From Mobula hypostoma (lineage: Eukaryota), in the NCBI RefSeq assembly GCF_963921235.1, contig NC_086097.1, positions 11,036,001 through 11,100,000 on the forward strand: DNA of 64,000 bases. Direction: 5' to 3'. Position 1 is the stretch's first letter. Each line of letters opens with the position of its first letter. The notes beneath the pieces are model-generated. The model ran no database searches. It saw only the letters and a list, made by a program, of their open reading frames with translations, and was not told where the DNA came from. The position numbers and the translations under genes were made by a program. This document shows positions 48,299 to 60,600 of the stretch, one piece after another.

Positions 48299-48968
48299 TA
48301 TGTTACCATATACTGCCTTAAGATGAAATTTCTCAGAGGCATTTACAGAAAAAAATGAAATACAATAGCATTTGTGAAAAACTATATATAAACAGAGAAA
48401 GACTGACAAACAACCAATGTGCAAAAGAAGACAAACTGTGCAAATAAGAAAATACCGAGAACATAATTTGTCAAGATTCCTTGAAAGTGAACCTGTAGGT
48501 TGTTGAATCAGTTCAGACTAGTGGCAGATGACGCAGGTTCAGGAACCTGCTGACTGTCGGATAAAAACGATTTCTAAGCCTGCTGGTGTGGGACCTAATG
48601 CTTCTGTCCATCCTGTTGCTGGTAGCAAGATGAGGACATGGCCTGGATGGTGGGAATCTTTGATGATGGATGCTGTATTTTTGTAGGAATGCTCTACGTA
48701 GATATATTCAATACTGGGGAGGGCTTTGCCATCGATGGGCTGTGCTGTGTCCATCACTTTCTGTTGCCTTTTGACTAATTTTGATGAATTTCTCTCATTC
48801 CATTTTGATATCTGCATGCTAGATACCACTGCAAACATTAGAGTCATAAAGTTTTGCAGACACTGGAACATGGAGCAAAGGGACTGTTTGAGGAACTCAG
48901 TGAGTATCAATGGAGGGAAATGAAGAATCAGGAGCCTACATCTGGATTGAAAGATAGAGGGGAGGTAA

Positions 48969-49480
48969 CAGTGGACAACAAAGATTTTGATTCCTGAATA
49001 CTTTTGGATGTACCTTATGGATCTTAGGCTACAGATCATGAAAATCACTATGAAGTTTCCCTATCACACACCATTTTTTTGAAATCACATGTATTTGTTA
49101 TTTCAATTCGTAATTCAAGTCCCTTAAAATGTTGCCAGATGTAAGCTGAAAAGTTTTCTATCTTGTCCAGGCATTCTTGGGCAGGTTTAGGCAGTGCAGA
49201 TGCTGTGTGGCCGGAAAGGTTTTAGAAAGACTATAAATTTCCATGATGGATTTCGATATTGGAGACAGATGTTACCCAGAATAGCTGATGCCAAGATTAA
49301 AGAAGGGACTTTTATTTGTCCAGAAATCAAACAGGTTATCAATGACAGGCAACTCTAAGGACGTCTAGTGGGAGCAAAGAAAATCGCATGGAAGGCATTC
49401 GAGAATGTTGTTGATAACTTCCTTGGCGACTACAGAGCAGCAAACTACATGCAGCTGGTTGACAACATGCTTCAAATCTG
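48969..49480 (+). mobile_element. Chapaev3-like DNA transposon fragment
   Basis: Terminus CA(G)TGGACAACAAAGATTTTG; 49245-49476 encodes GFRYWRQMLPRIADAKIKEG/FICPEIKQV..KIAWKAFENVVDNFLGDYRAANYMQLVDNML. Confidence 0.72.
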
Positions 49481-49687
49481 TTGTGGAATCTGCCAGTGTG
49501 ATTTAACGACCCAGTGATGGGCTTGCTCAGTTATAGATTCATCTCACAGCCTTCTCTTTTCTCATACCAAACCGCAAAGATAGGAGCCAACCATTTCTAT
49601 TTTTCTTATTCATCCTCAGAATGCAGATGTTACTGGAACTATTACATATCCCTCATTTAGGCCAAAAGGAGAAGACAGGTAATAATC

Positions 49688-50347
49688 ACACACACAAAGT
49701 GCTGGAGGATCTCAGCAGCTCAGGCAGTGTCTATGGAGAGGAATAAATTGTCAAGGTTTCAAGCCGAGGCTCTTCATCAGTTCTCAGCCCAAAGTCCTGA
49801 TGAAGTGTCTCAACACAATCTGATGACTATTCATTCATTTCCATGGCTGCTTCCTGACCTGCTGAGTTCCTCCAGCATTTTGTATGTGTTGTTCTGAATT
49901 TTCAGCATTTGCAGAATCGCTTGTGTTTATCGCAATTATTTTGTTCTTCCTTACACTTGCGTACTGCAAGCAACATTAAATTATCTTGAATTTTGAATCA
50001 AACATGAGAAAATCTGCTGATGCTGGAAATACAAGTGATGCACACAAAATACTGGTGGAACTCAGCAGGCCAGGCAGCATCGATGGAAAAGAGTAAACAG
50101 TTGGCATTTCAGGCCAAGACCCATGGAACCAAATAAGGAAGGTGGGTGGGCAGCTGGGAACAGTTGGGGGACAGGACCCAATAGGAATAGAGTGAAGGTA
50201 ACGGGCAAATGGAACAGGTGGTCAACTGCTGGAAGGACAAATCTTTCAGTCCTGGTGAAGGGTCTCGGCCCAAAACATCAACTGTCTACTCTTTTCCATA
50301 GACACCTGGCCTGCTGACTTCCTCCAGCATTTTGTGTGCATTACTTG
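49688..50347. mobile_element. Two older palindromic family-A Penelope-like hairpin elements (49688-49930, 50000-50347)
   Basis: ACACAAA.TGCTGGAGGA.CTCAGCAG.. and its reverse complement in each; decayed hammerhead cores. Confidence 0.75.
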
Positions 50348-50989
50348 AATTTTGAATGTTAAGTACAGCAGAAATTTTTCTTCCCCGAAGAACATTGGTG
50401 AACAGGTTGGAACTTAACTATAATCAGACAGTTTCATTTTAGGTTGATTGAATCCCTTGAAGTTAGAATCTCCCACTGACAGGATTGGATTCAAACATAT
50501 GTCACTGACAGCTAGTTCAGTAACTTAATCATTATATTCCATACCACTTTTCACAGTCTATCATTAATTTAAAATCATAACAGAAGAAACACCCCATATG
50601 TAATGGATAAAAAAAAACTAGTTGTGTTACTGTTGGTACATGGGACAGATGCCTCAGTCCTTTCTCACAGCTGCTAGGCTCTATATTAGGAGTGGGGTGC
50701 GTATCATTAGAACATAGATTTCACAGATTGTTCAGACATCTGGCAACTTAACAGGTACAACTGAGTGGTGTGTCCACAAAACAGCGGTGGATTCACAATA
50801 ACCCTAATTCATTGGCTCCAAGGTTCTTTAGTACAAAGAAAAGAATTTAAGAAGTGCTTAATAAATATAATTTGTTGCTGTTAAATGGTTGCATGATGGG
50901 GAAAGTCTTTGGGGGGGGGGAAGGACTTGCTTGTACTTGACACCTTTCAAGCTCCAGTTCAAATTTATTGTAAAAGGCATATAGAGTAT

Positions 50990-51370
50990 ATCATCATCAT
51001 CATTACGTGCTGTGTCATCTGATGTGGCCGATCATGGTCTTTCCATGACCATAATTGTTCTTGGCAAATTTTTCTACAGAAGTGGTTTGCCATTGCCTTC
51101 TTCTGGGCAGTGTCTTTACAAGACAGGTGGCCCCAGCCATTATCAATACTCTTCAGAGATTGTATGCCTGGTATCAGTGGTGGCATAACCAGGGCTTGTG
51201 ATATGTTCCAACTGCTCGTACGACCATCCACCACCTGCTCCCATGGCTTCACATGACCCTGATCAGTGGACTAAGCAAGTGTTACACCTTGCTCAAGGAT
51301 GATCTGCAGACTAGCGGAGGCAAGGAACGCCTTACACTTCCTTTGGTAGAGACTGATCTCCACCCAGTCG
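50990..51370 (-). mobile_element. RTE-related SINE (family S2)
   Basis: Reverse complement of 40015-40390; (TCA)n tail 50991-51003. Confidence 0.82.
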
Positions 51371-51459
51371 CCCATACGGTATATACTGAAAATTAGACTT
51401 TGCAGCAACAACGCAATCATGATGAATGTAAGCTAACATAAATTTAACTTACTATGAAT

Positions 51460-51818
51460 TATGCAGGGGAGGGTAGCCGACAGGCCTCATACCCTGGTGA
51501 GATAGGGACATGCCTGTCCAAGCACGTGAAGCCAGCTCTGGCAGACTGGGTGGAAGAGATCAACGGTGAAAGTCAACAGCCAGGAAAGTGGTTCTGCAAC
51601 ACTTTGTGGAGAGTGAAGGGCATAACGAGGCACAGAAGAAACTATGGTCGTCCACTGCAACCAAGGAAACTCCTGGCTGTGACGACTAATCGTACCACTG
51701 GTCCCAGACTTCCAAGGTTGAGACAGAGGGTCTGCCCCAATGCAGCATCTTTTCCATTTTAAATAGTCCCCCACACAGGCTTCCTGTCATTGTTAGATAC
51801 AATGGACAACCACCACTG
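51460..51818 (+). mobile_element. Probable RTE 5'-UTR-derived non-autonomous element
   Basis: GTCGTCCACTGCAACCAAGGAA..CGTACCACTGG motif recalled from RTE UTRs; CAACCACCAC tail. Confidence 0.4.
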
Positions 51819-52204
51819 CACAAAAAAAACATAATGCTATTTGTGCCAGTTGAGAGAGATAAAAAGAAAGATAATTTGAAGTAGATTTAAGGGTTTTTGA
51901 AAAAGCTGTTATAATATGAAAATGTAATATAATCTCTAAAATCTGTTACAGCATCAAAATATAACTATTTTAAAATATTTGTTCACAGTTCCAATAGGTT
52001 GGCTGTGTGTGGTTTAAAAGTGAAGAGGAACAATCGGCCAAATTTTAATAAAACTGAATCCAATTTTCGGTACAAATCAGAGAATTAAGCATTTTTGCAA
52101 GTGAACAATTTTCTGTGAGCGAGCTTGCTTGTCTTTTTCGCTGGATACGTGAAGCAGTTCTCTGATCCAGTCCACTGTGTGTTTCTCATATTGAGGTATA
52201 TATT

Positions 52205-52470
52205 ATTCAGAGACGGAATGTGGAACAGGCCCTTCCGGCCTAACGAGCTACATGCCCAGCAACCCACCTAGGTGACCAAAGCCTAATCACAGTTTACAAT
52301 GACCAGTTAACCTACTAACCAGAATGTGGGAGGAAACCAGAGCACCCAAAGTAAACCCACACATTCACAGGGAGGAACGTACAAAGTCTATACAGACAGC
52401 GTAAGATTGAACACTGAACTCTGGCACCCAGAGCAGTAATAGCATCATGCTAACTGCTACACTACCATGC
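52205..52470 (-). mobile_element. HE1-like V-SINE
   Basis: GTGGGAGGAAACCAGAGCACCC..AAACCCAC is the reverse V-domain. Confidence 0.78.
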
Positions 52471-52519
52471 GTATCTTTGCCCAAGTTCCTAATCGGTAGA
52501 GCCTCGCAGCACACAGGGT

Positions 52520-53510
52520 GATCATTTCTCTGTAACTTCCGCCACCTCCAATGGGATCCAACCACTAAGCACATCTTTCCCTCCCCCCCCCCCGCTTTCC
52601 ACAGGGATCGCTCCCTACGCGACTCCCTTGTCCATTCGTCACCCCCATCCCTCCCCACTGATCTCCCTCCTGGCACTTATCCTTGTAAACGGAACAAGTG
52701 CTACACATGCCCTTACACTTCCTCCCTTACCACCATTCAGGGCCCCAGACAGTCCTCCCAGGTGAGGTGACACTTCACCTGTGAGTCGGCTGGGGTGATA
52801 TATTGCGTCCGGTGCTCCCAATGTGGCCTTCTATATATTGGTGAGACCTGACGCAGACTGGGAGACCGCTTTACTGAACACCTACACTCTGTCCGCCAGA
52901 GAAAGCAGGATCTCCCAGTGGCCACACATTTTAATTCCACATCCCATTCCCATTCTGACATGTCTATCCACGGCCTCCTCTACTGTAAAGATGAAGCCAC
53001 ACTCAGGTTGGAGGAACAACACCTTATATTCCGTCTGGGTAGCCTCCAACCTGATGGCATGAACATTGACTTCTCTAACTTCCGCTAATGCCCCACCTCC
53101 CCCTCGTACCCCATCCGTTACTTATTTATATACACACATTCTTTCTCTCTCTCTCTCTCCCTTTTCTCCCTCTGTCCCTCTGACTATACCCCTTGCCCAT
53201 CCTCTGGGTTCCCCCCCCCTTGTCATTCTCCCCAGGCCTCCTGTCCCATGATCCTCTCATATCCCCTTTGCCAATCACCTGTCCAGCTCTTGGCTCCATC
53301 CCTCCCCCTCCTGTCTTCTCCTATTATTTTGGATCTCCCCCTCCCACTTTCAAATCTCTTACTAACTCTTCCTTCAGTTAGTCCTGACGAAGGGTCTCGG
53401 CCTGAAACGTCGACTGTACCTCTTCCTAGAGATGCTGCCTGGCCTGCTGCGTTCACCAGCAACTTTGATGTGTGTTGCTTGAATTTCCAGCATCTGAAGA
53501 ATTCCTGTTG
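52520..53510 (+). mobile_element. Neptune-type Penelope-like element: Zn-finger linker, GIY-YIG endonuclease (two stops), 3' UTR, intact hammerhead 53377-53415
   Basis: PGTYPCKRNKCYTC..FTCESAGVIYCVRCSQCGLLYIGET*RRLGDRFTEH..PVATHFN..LGSLQPDGMNIDFSNFR*. Confidence 0.93.
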
Positions 53511-53685
53511 TTAGGGTGATCATTTGGTGTGTTGCATCAATGCCAGTTCATTTGGACTCGCTCTCCTAGTACGTGCTTTCTCAAAGACCTACAGATTTTC
53601 CTCTTACTCAGGTGGTTATCCATGTCTATCATTGATCCTCCAAAGAAACATATATGACATGAGGTAATGCACATATGCAAACAAA

Positions 53686-54258
53686 CTCTCAGTGGCCACT
53701 TAATTAAGTATCTCTTGTACATTATAAAGTAGCCACTGAGTGTACTCATGTGGTCTTCCACAGCTGTAGCCCATCCAGTTCAAGGTTTGACGTGTTGTGC
53801 ATTCAGAGATGCTCTTCTGCACACCACTATTGTAACACGTGATTATTTAAGGTATAGTTACCTTCCTGTCAGCTTGAATCAGTCTGGCTATTCTCCTCAG
53901 ACCTCTTTCATTAACAGGGTCTTTTCGTCCACAGAACTGCCGCTCACTGGATTTTTTTTTTGTTTCTCACACCATTCTCTGTAAACTCTAGAGGCCATTG
54001 TGTATGAAAATTCCAGGAGATCAGCAGTTTCTGAGATACTCAAGCCATCCTGTCAGGCACCAACAATCATTCCACGGTCAAAGTCACTTGGATCTCATTT
54101 CTTCCCCATTCTGATGTTTGGGCTGAAAAACAGCTGAATCCCTAGACCACGTCTGCATGCTTTTATGCGTTGAGTTGCTGCCACATGATTGTTTGATTAG
54201 ATATTTGCATTAATAAGTAGGTGTACAGGTGCACCTAATAATGTGGCTATTGAGTGTA
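53686..54258 (-). mobile_element. Tc1-like deletion derivative (second family) with three TIR copies
   Basis: TIR CACTCAGTGGCCACTTTATTAGGTAC; minus strand MGKK*DPSDFDRGMIVGA..SISETADLL HTH region; mini-palindrome 53686-53742. Confidence 0.85.
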
Positions 54259-54761
54259 GTGGATGCTGGTTATGTGTATCAGTGGTAGCATTAAAAATGG
54301 TAAATTTGGTAGCATGCTATTGGAGCATGTATTTATTTTCTACCTGCATTGGGATTTGCATTGTGCATTTATTATGGGTACTTTGTTACGTGGGTTGGGA
54401 TGTGGTAGAAGTATAGTCATATATTCACACATAGTCTTGGGTCAGTTAGAGTCAGGGTGAGCCACGAGGTGGTATGATTTTGATAACCGCTATTCAGAAT
54501 CAGAATCAGGTTTATTATCATCATGAAATGTGTTAACTTAGCAGCAGCAGTTCAATGCAATATATAATATAGAAGAAAAATAAATAAATAAATCGATTAC
54601 AGTATACGTATATTGAATAGATTAAAAATCATGCAAAAATAGAAATAATGTATATTAAAAAGTGAGGTAGTGTTCATCTGTTTAATGTCTATTTAGAAAT
54701 TGGATGGCAGAGGGGAAGAAGCTATTCCTGAATCGCTGAGTGTGTGCCTTCAGACTCCTGT

Positions 54762-55040
54762 ACTTAGTTATGCTAATTGAAATGCTATTATACTGCTTCA
54801 TATCGCTAACTTCGCTATTTCGTTATATCGCTAATTTTAGCTTTGTTAGTTTTTTATCACTACAAGATTGTTCATCTGTGTTGGCCTCATAATAAGGGAT
54901 CAAGTGTACCCTCTTTGACTTGGTGTAATTATTTTGGAAGCGTGTCATATTGTGTCAACGCCCATGCTTTGTCTCACAGCGATTTTGGTTTGTTTTCAAG
55001 TAACCGCTGCAGCATACAGATATCATAGCAATTTTTAAAA
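54762..55040. repeat. Unclassified dispersed repeat, copy 2
   Basis: Colinear with 4110-4450. Confidence 0.7.
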
Positions 55041-56415
55041 ATTTCCACAGTGAAATAGTTTTTTTTGGTCTAAAATTAAACAGTAATACTTGAATTTTAG
55101 AACAGTACATGTTAAAACAGATTAAATCAACTTCTCCACTTGTGTGAAATGTGCACTTGACTTCAGTTTTTATGTATTCATTTGCCCCTTAAATTAAATC
55201 AAATATAGTGCAATCAATCTGCCAGAATGCTCGGAAATAATTTCTGTTTGAAAAAAGCTGTCTTTATTTCTAATGAATAGTAGAGTTTAGCCACTTACAT
55301 GAAAACTGATCTCTCTTTGCATCAAGGACCATTTATGTGCACTTACTGTGGCATTATATCAAAAAGACCCTTGAAGGGTAACCTTTTAAAAAATCACGAA
55401 AGTTACAATTAATATGTGGTAGTAGGCCATGCTCTCTTCTCGTTGCTGCCATCAGGAAGAAGCTGCAGGAGCCTCAGGTCCCACACCACCAGGTTCAGGA
55501 ACAATTATTATCCCTCAACTATCAGGCTCCTGAATCACTCAACTTCACTCAGCCTATCACTGAAATGTTCCCACAACCTATGAGCTCACTCTCAATGACT
55601 CTTCGTCTTATGTTCTCGAGAAAATTAACCTCAGGCTAGTATATGGTGACATATATCCAGTTTGATAATAAATTTACTTGGAACTTTAAACTTCTGTTTT
55701 TCTCTTTGGAGCAAAGGAAGATGAGAGGCAACTTGACAGATGCACAAGGTTATAAGAGAAAAAATTAGAGGGGACCACCAACCCCTTTTTCCCAGTGCAG
55801 CAATGGCTAGTATCAGAAGACATCCATTTAAGGTGAGTTGCTTATTTATTAATTAATTTATTATTATTTCTTTTTTCTATTTTGTATTTACTCAGTTCGC
55901 TGCCTTTTGCACATTGGTCATTTTGTCTACCCTGTTGGGTGTGGTCTTTCATTGATTCTATTATGATTCTTGGATTTACTGAACATGCCCTCAAGAGAGT
56001 GAATCTCAGAGTTGTATACAGTGACATATATGTACTTTGATAATAAATTTATTTTGAACTTTGAAGTTTGAAGGCTAAGTGTTTTGTGATCCAAGGTGAG
56101 GTTGGAACGTTCCTTTGAAAATCCAGATTTTTTTGAAAACTATGCTGTTTGTTCCCTCTGTGGAGTTTATTAGCCAGGCCTGTTAATGAATGTTTACAAC
56201 TTTGAAATGTCCAGCAAGTTTGAGTTCAGAGGTGAGTTCTCTCTGAAGCTCTCCTCATAGCAGTTAACCCTCTTCCTAAAGAAAATGACCAGTCTCTGGT
56301 AATGCAGAGAACTGTGATGGCTGAGACATTTAAAGAGAAGTTGCATCAAAATCTGAAAGGCCAAAGAATTGAGGGCTAAGTTGAAAAGGAGTTGAGACAT
56401 GGGACCACTCAAATG

Positions 56416-56690
56416 CACTCAGTGGCCACTTTATTAGGTACAAGCGGCCACTGAGTGTACTTGATTGCTCCCACGTCTCAGCAACTTTTCTATTTAGCCC
56501 TCAATTCCTTGACCCTTCAGATTATTATGTAACTTCCCTGGTACCTAATAAAATGGCGGCTGAGTGCGTGTTCATGGTCTTCTGCTGTTGTAGTCTGTCC
56601 ACTTCAAAGATTGATGTGCTGTTTGTTCAGGGATGCTCTTCCACACACCACTGGTTTAACGTGGTTATTTGAGTTACCGTTCCCCTCCTG
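56416..56690 (-). mobile_element. Same Tc1-like family as 53686, truncated, containing an inverted copy of its flank
   Basis: TIRs at 56416-56442, 56443-56457 (partial) and 56541-56566; internal sequence matches 53745-53870. Confidence 0.82.
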
Positions 56691-57304
56691 TTCATATGTT
56701 TGTTTTGAGTGTCAGGCAGGCTTGAGGGGCCACATGACCTATTCTTGCTCCTACTTTCTTGTGTTCTTATGTTCCTTTGAAGTATTTAATGTTTCACCCA
56801 AAGGAAAATTAAAAACATATTAATCATTTCAAAAGCAGAACATTAGTTAGCACAAAGATGAGGAAATCTGCAGATGCTGGAAATCCAAGCAATGCATACG
56901 AAATGCTGGAGGAACTGAGTAGGCCAGACAGCACCTAGGGATCCTTCATCTCAGCCTGAAACATCAGCTGTTTACTCTTATCCATAGACGCTTTCCCATA
57001 GTTGCATCAATTAGCAATAAAACATTCTAGGATTTGTCAAAGATGTTTCCTTTTATTGATCTTTCCATCTGTTTCAGCTGGAATGAGGCCACATTATAAA
57101 TATAGTCAATGAAATTAAATTAACTCTGAGCTTGTTGAAGAAAAAATATGGACTTGCTTCTGTTTAAGAATCTGGAGCTTTCAGAAGACCTGCTGAAGAG
57201 ATCTGAATGAAATGAAGTTCTAACTAGAACGTGAGTGAGAAATATTCACAGTTCTGGTTAAAGGGTACAGTGATGCACAACTTCGTTCAATTTTGTTTTT
57301 ATGT

Positions 57305-57550
57305 TTATTTTATTTAGAGATACAGTGCAGAACAGGAACTTCTGACTCAACAAGCCGACCCAGCCAATAACCCACCCATTTAACCCTGGCCTAATCACTG
57401 GACAAGTTGCAATCACCAGTTAACCTACTAACCAGCTTGGCTTTGGACTGTCAGTGGAAACCAAAGCATCTGGAGGAAACACAGGCACTCAGGGGGAGAA
57501 TGTACAATCTTCTTACAGATGGAGCTGGAATTGAACTCTGAGCTCTGAAA
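57305..57550 (-). mobile_element. HE1-like V-SINE
   Basis: CTTTGGACTGT..GGAAACC..GGAGGAAAC reverse V-domain; (TTTA)n tail. Confidence 0.75.
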
Positions 57551-57555
57551 CCCGG

Positions 57556-57850
57556 AGCAACATGCACAAAATGTTGATGGAATGCAGCAGATCAGGCAGC
57601 ATCTATGGAGGGGATTCAGCAGCTGACGTTTCAGGCTGAAACCCTTCGTCAGGATTGGGAAGGAAGGGGGAAGAATCCAGAACAAAGCAGAGAGGTGAGG
57701 GGGGAGGTGGGTGATGAAGTAAAGGATGGAAGGGGACAGATAGAAGAAATAAAGGGCCAAGGAAGAAGGAGTTGGATAGGAGAGGTCAGTAGACCATGAG
57801 ATAAAGGGAAGGTGGGGAACCAGAGGAAGGTAAATGGGGAGTCGAAGAAA
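57556..57850 (-). mobile_element. Older family-A Penelope-like 3' end, hammerhead core intact (57621-57658)
   Basis: Reverse complement CTGACGAAGGGTTTCAGCCTGAAACGTC. Confidence 0.72.
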
Positions 57851-58569
57851 CAAGAAATTCTGCAGCCTGATTCTCTTACGCTCACTCACTGTTATGCTGT
57901 TTTACCTTGGAATATTAGATTCCGGAACTGAATCACTGAATCACCCGAGTGAATGAGACCTCACTCGTCTTTCCTTGGAGCTTAAAGGATAAAGTCCAAA
58001 GCCTCCCCTCTCAGGGAGGGGGCTACTTAGTTACCATGATGTAGTCTCCTAATAAATACTAAATCAAATGCAGATTGGGTGACCTCTCTTCAGGATGTTA
58101 GGGAGATCCTGAGCTTCTAGTCACTTCTCACTGTGATTTTGACCCATTACATTACTCCAGATTAGTTAGACACGACCTCACAATCTACCTCATTATGACC
58201 TTGCGCCTTAAATTTTGCTGCACTGCTCTCTTTTCCTGTAGTTGTTACACTTCATTCTGTAAACTCTCATTGTTTTATCTTGTTGTATGTCAATACATTG
58301 TGTAATGATTTGATCTGTATGAAGTACAAGCTTTTCACAATAATAAACCAATACCTAGTCTAGTGAACCCCAATGTAAATTTGAGGAATGACTTCCCATT
58401 TTCTCTCCAGAATGTTGCAGCTTTAAGGATGCAATACTGAATTTACAATGTCAGGTAGTCACTCCTATCTTCCCCTCTCTCCATGGATGTGAATATATAT
58501 TTTAGTTTCAAATGGTGCCTTTTTTTCCCCTCCTCAATCACTTACTGCTGGTTTTTGAAATTATTTTCT

Positions 58570-59114
58570 ACTTGACAACACTGATCTGCATTCTGACATA
58601 TTCTGGCCTTTCAAAGCAATCTGTTGACAAACTTCAACTTAATCAAACTTTTAACTAAAACTAGGATGAGGGAATATATCACTCCCATACTGGTTACTCT
58701 GGGTTTACTTCCTATATCTTTTAGGATTGATTTTAAGGTTATTTTGCTTGTTTTTAAAGCCCTTAATGATTTGGGACTGGAGTATATCACAGAATTTCTG
58801 TTGCTTTATAATTCTGCTCGAGCTCTCAGGTCTTCTTCTACCAGTCTCTTAAATTTAAACAAACTCCCTCAAAAGATAATTGTCAAGTCAGCTTTTCTGA
58901 ACTACAGCTCTAACCTGCAGAACTCAATGCTTAAAACAATAAGGAATGCAGTCTCAGTTGACACTTTTAAGTGCCAGCTCAACACCTATTATTTTCAAGT
59001 TTGTTTTTATTTTTATTTTTTATTTTAATTTCATGTTTTCACTTTATCTCATTGTAAAGCACTTTGAACTGCATTGTCTGTATGATAGGCGGTCTATAAA
59101 TAAAGTTATTATTA
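58570..59114 (+). mobile_element. L2-clade LINE 3' end
   Basis: ORF 58624-59028 EYITPIL..LPISFRIDFKVILLVFKAL..RALRSS; tail TAAATAAAG(TTA)n. Confidence 0.85.
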
Positions 59115-59428
59115 TTTATTTTTCTCTGCTCAAACTGGTAAACCTGAGGTATAGGCATATCGAAGAACACTCATTTCTCAATCGCTCAGAACTTTTGGAC
59201 TATTCTAGTGATGTTTAGTATTGTGGCTTTCTGAAGATTTATGTAGATACTACTGTGTAGCTCTAATTGTTTAATGTTATTGTGTAGTGACTTTGGGATG
59301 ATACCAGTTGTTGATATTACTGTCGGGACAATGTCTACCCCATTTATATTCAAAAGTCTTTTAATTTACTCTTTTATTTCAGCATATTTCTCGTCTTTAT
59401 CACTTACTGATTTCTGTAAGTTACGTGT
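59115..59428 (-). mobile_element. R4/Dong-type LINE 3' end (RLE C-terminus) embedded in (TTA)n
   Basis: Minus strand NLQKSVSDKDEKYAEIKE*IKRL..IVPTVISTTGIIPKSL..LQKATILNITRIVQKF. Confidence 0.78.
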
Positions 59429-59440
59429 TTATTATTATTG

Positions 59441-59470
<30 letters not shown>
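59429..59470. repeat. (TTA)n/(TTG)n microsatellite
   Basis: Directly visible. Confidence 0.95.
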
Positions 59471-59471
<1 letters not shown>

Positions 59472-59484
59472 CCCCAACATCGAG

Positions 59485-59875
59485 GATGTCTCCAAAGGTG
59501 ATGCTTCAAAATGGCAGAATCCGTCATTAAGGATCCTCATCACCCAGAACGTGCCCTCTTCTCAATGCAACCATCATGGAGGAGGTACAGGAGCCTGAAG
59601 ACGCACACTCACTGTTTTAGGAACAGATTCTTCCCCTCTGCCATCAGATTTTGGAAAGGAAAGTGAACCCATGAACACTAATTGATTACATTTGTTCACT
59701 TCTTGCATTCCTTTTTTTATATATATTTCTCATTGTAATTTATAGTATACTTTATGTATTGCCCTGTACTGTTGCTGAAAAACAACTAATTTAACTAATT
59801 TCTCAAAGTAACAATTATCTTGTTCTGCTCTACACTCATGTATCGGAAATGACATTAAATAATCTTGAATCTTGA
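59485..59875 (+). mobile_element. Rex1/Babar-L2 group LINE 3' end (similar pieces at 17405-17670, 35070-35450, 48300-48780, 54495-54760, 55425-55690)
   Basis: IKDPHHP..LFS..RRYRSL..FRNRFFPSAIR; tail ATGACATTAAA..TCTTGAATCTTGA. Confidence 0.7.
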
Positions 59876-60261
59876 AAGTGTGTGTAGATCAAGTCTTTAA
59901 TCACTTACAGTACTGTGCAAATGTCATTGGCACACATATATATGCTCAACGTGGAGCAGAGACTGAGCTTTTAAATCTGGTGGGAGCAAAGAATAATGGG
60001 AATGGTGAGGGTGCAGCACTGCGGGAAGGGTGTGGGACAGGCAGCGGAGAGTGAGTACCATAGGGGCAGACACAGCCAGCCCTGAGACACCAGGCAAGGT
60101 TGCTTGATTCCATGCAACTGGTTTATTGATCATTACAGAATGTCTCTCGTCTTTCCCGCTCCCTCCCCTCTCCCTTCCCATTTTTCTACCCATGATTCCC
60201 GTTTCCCTGCCTGCTTCCCACTTTCAGTCCCCCATAGAGATTTAGAGTCATAGAGTAGACA

Positions 60262-60600
60262 GCCAGTATCTTTCTCCTGGGGTTGAAATGTCTAACACCA
60301 GAAGGCATGCGTTTAAGGTGAGAGGGGTAATTTTAAAAGAGATGAGAGAGGCAAGCTCTTTAAAGAGAATGGTGGTGCCTGGAATGTATTGTGCGGGGTC
60401 CTGGTACAGGAAGAAACATTAAGGAATTTTAAGAGATGTGTTGATAAGCACAGTAATAAGGAAAATGGAAGGATAGGGACATTGTATTGGTAGAAGAAAT
60501 TAATTTAGTTGGAGCAATTGACTACTAAATTATTTGGTTCGACACAACACTGTGGACCAAAGTACCTGTTCCTGTGCTGTACTGTTCTATGTTCTATTGT
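60262..60600 (+). mobile_element. CR1 3' end, decayed
   Basis: TRRHAFKVRG; TTCTATG tail. Confidence 0.75.
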
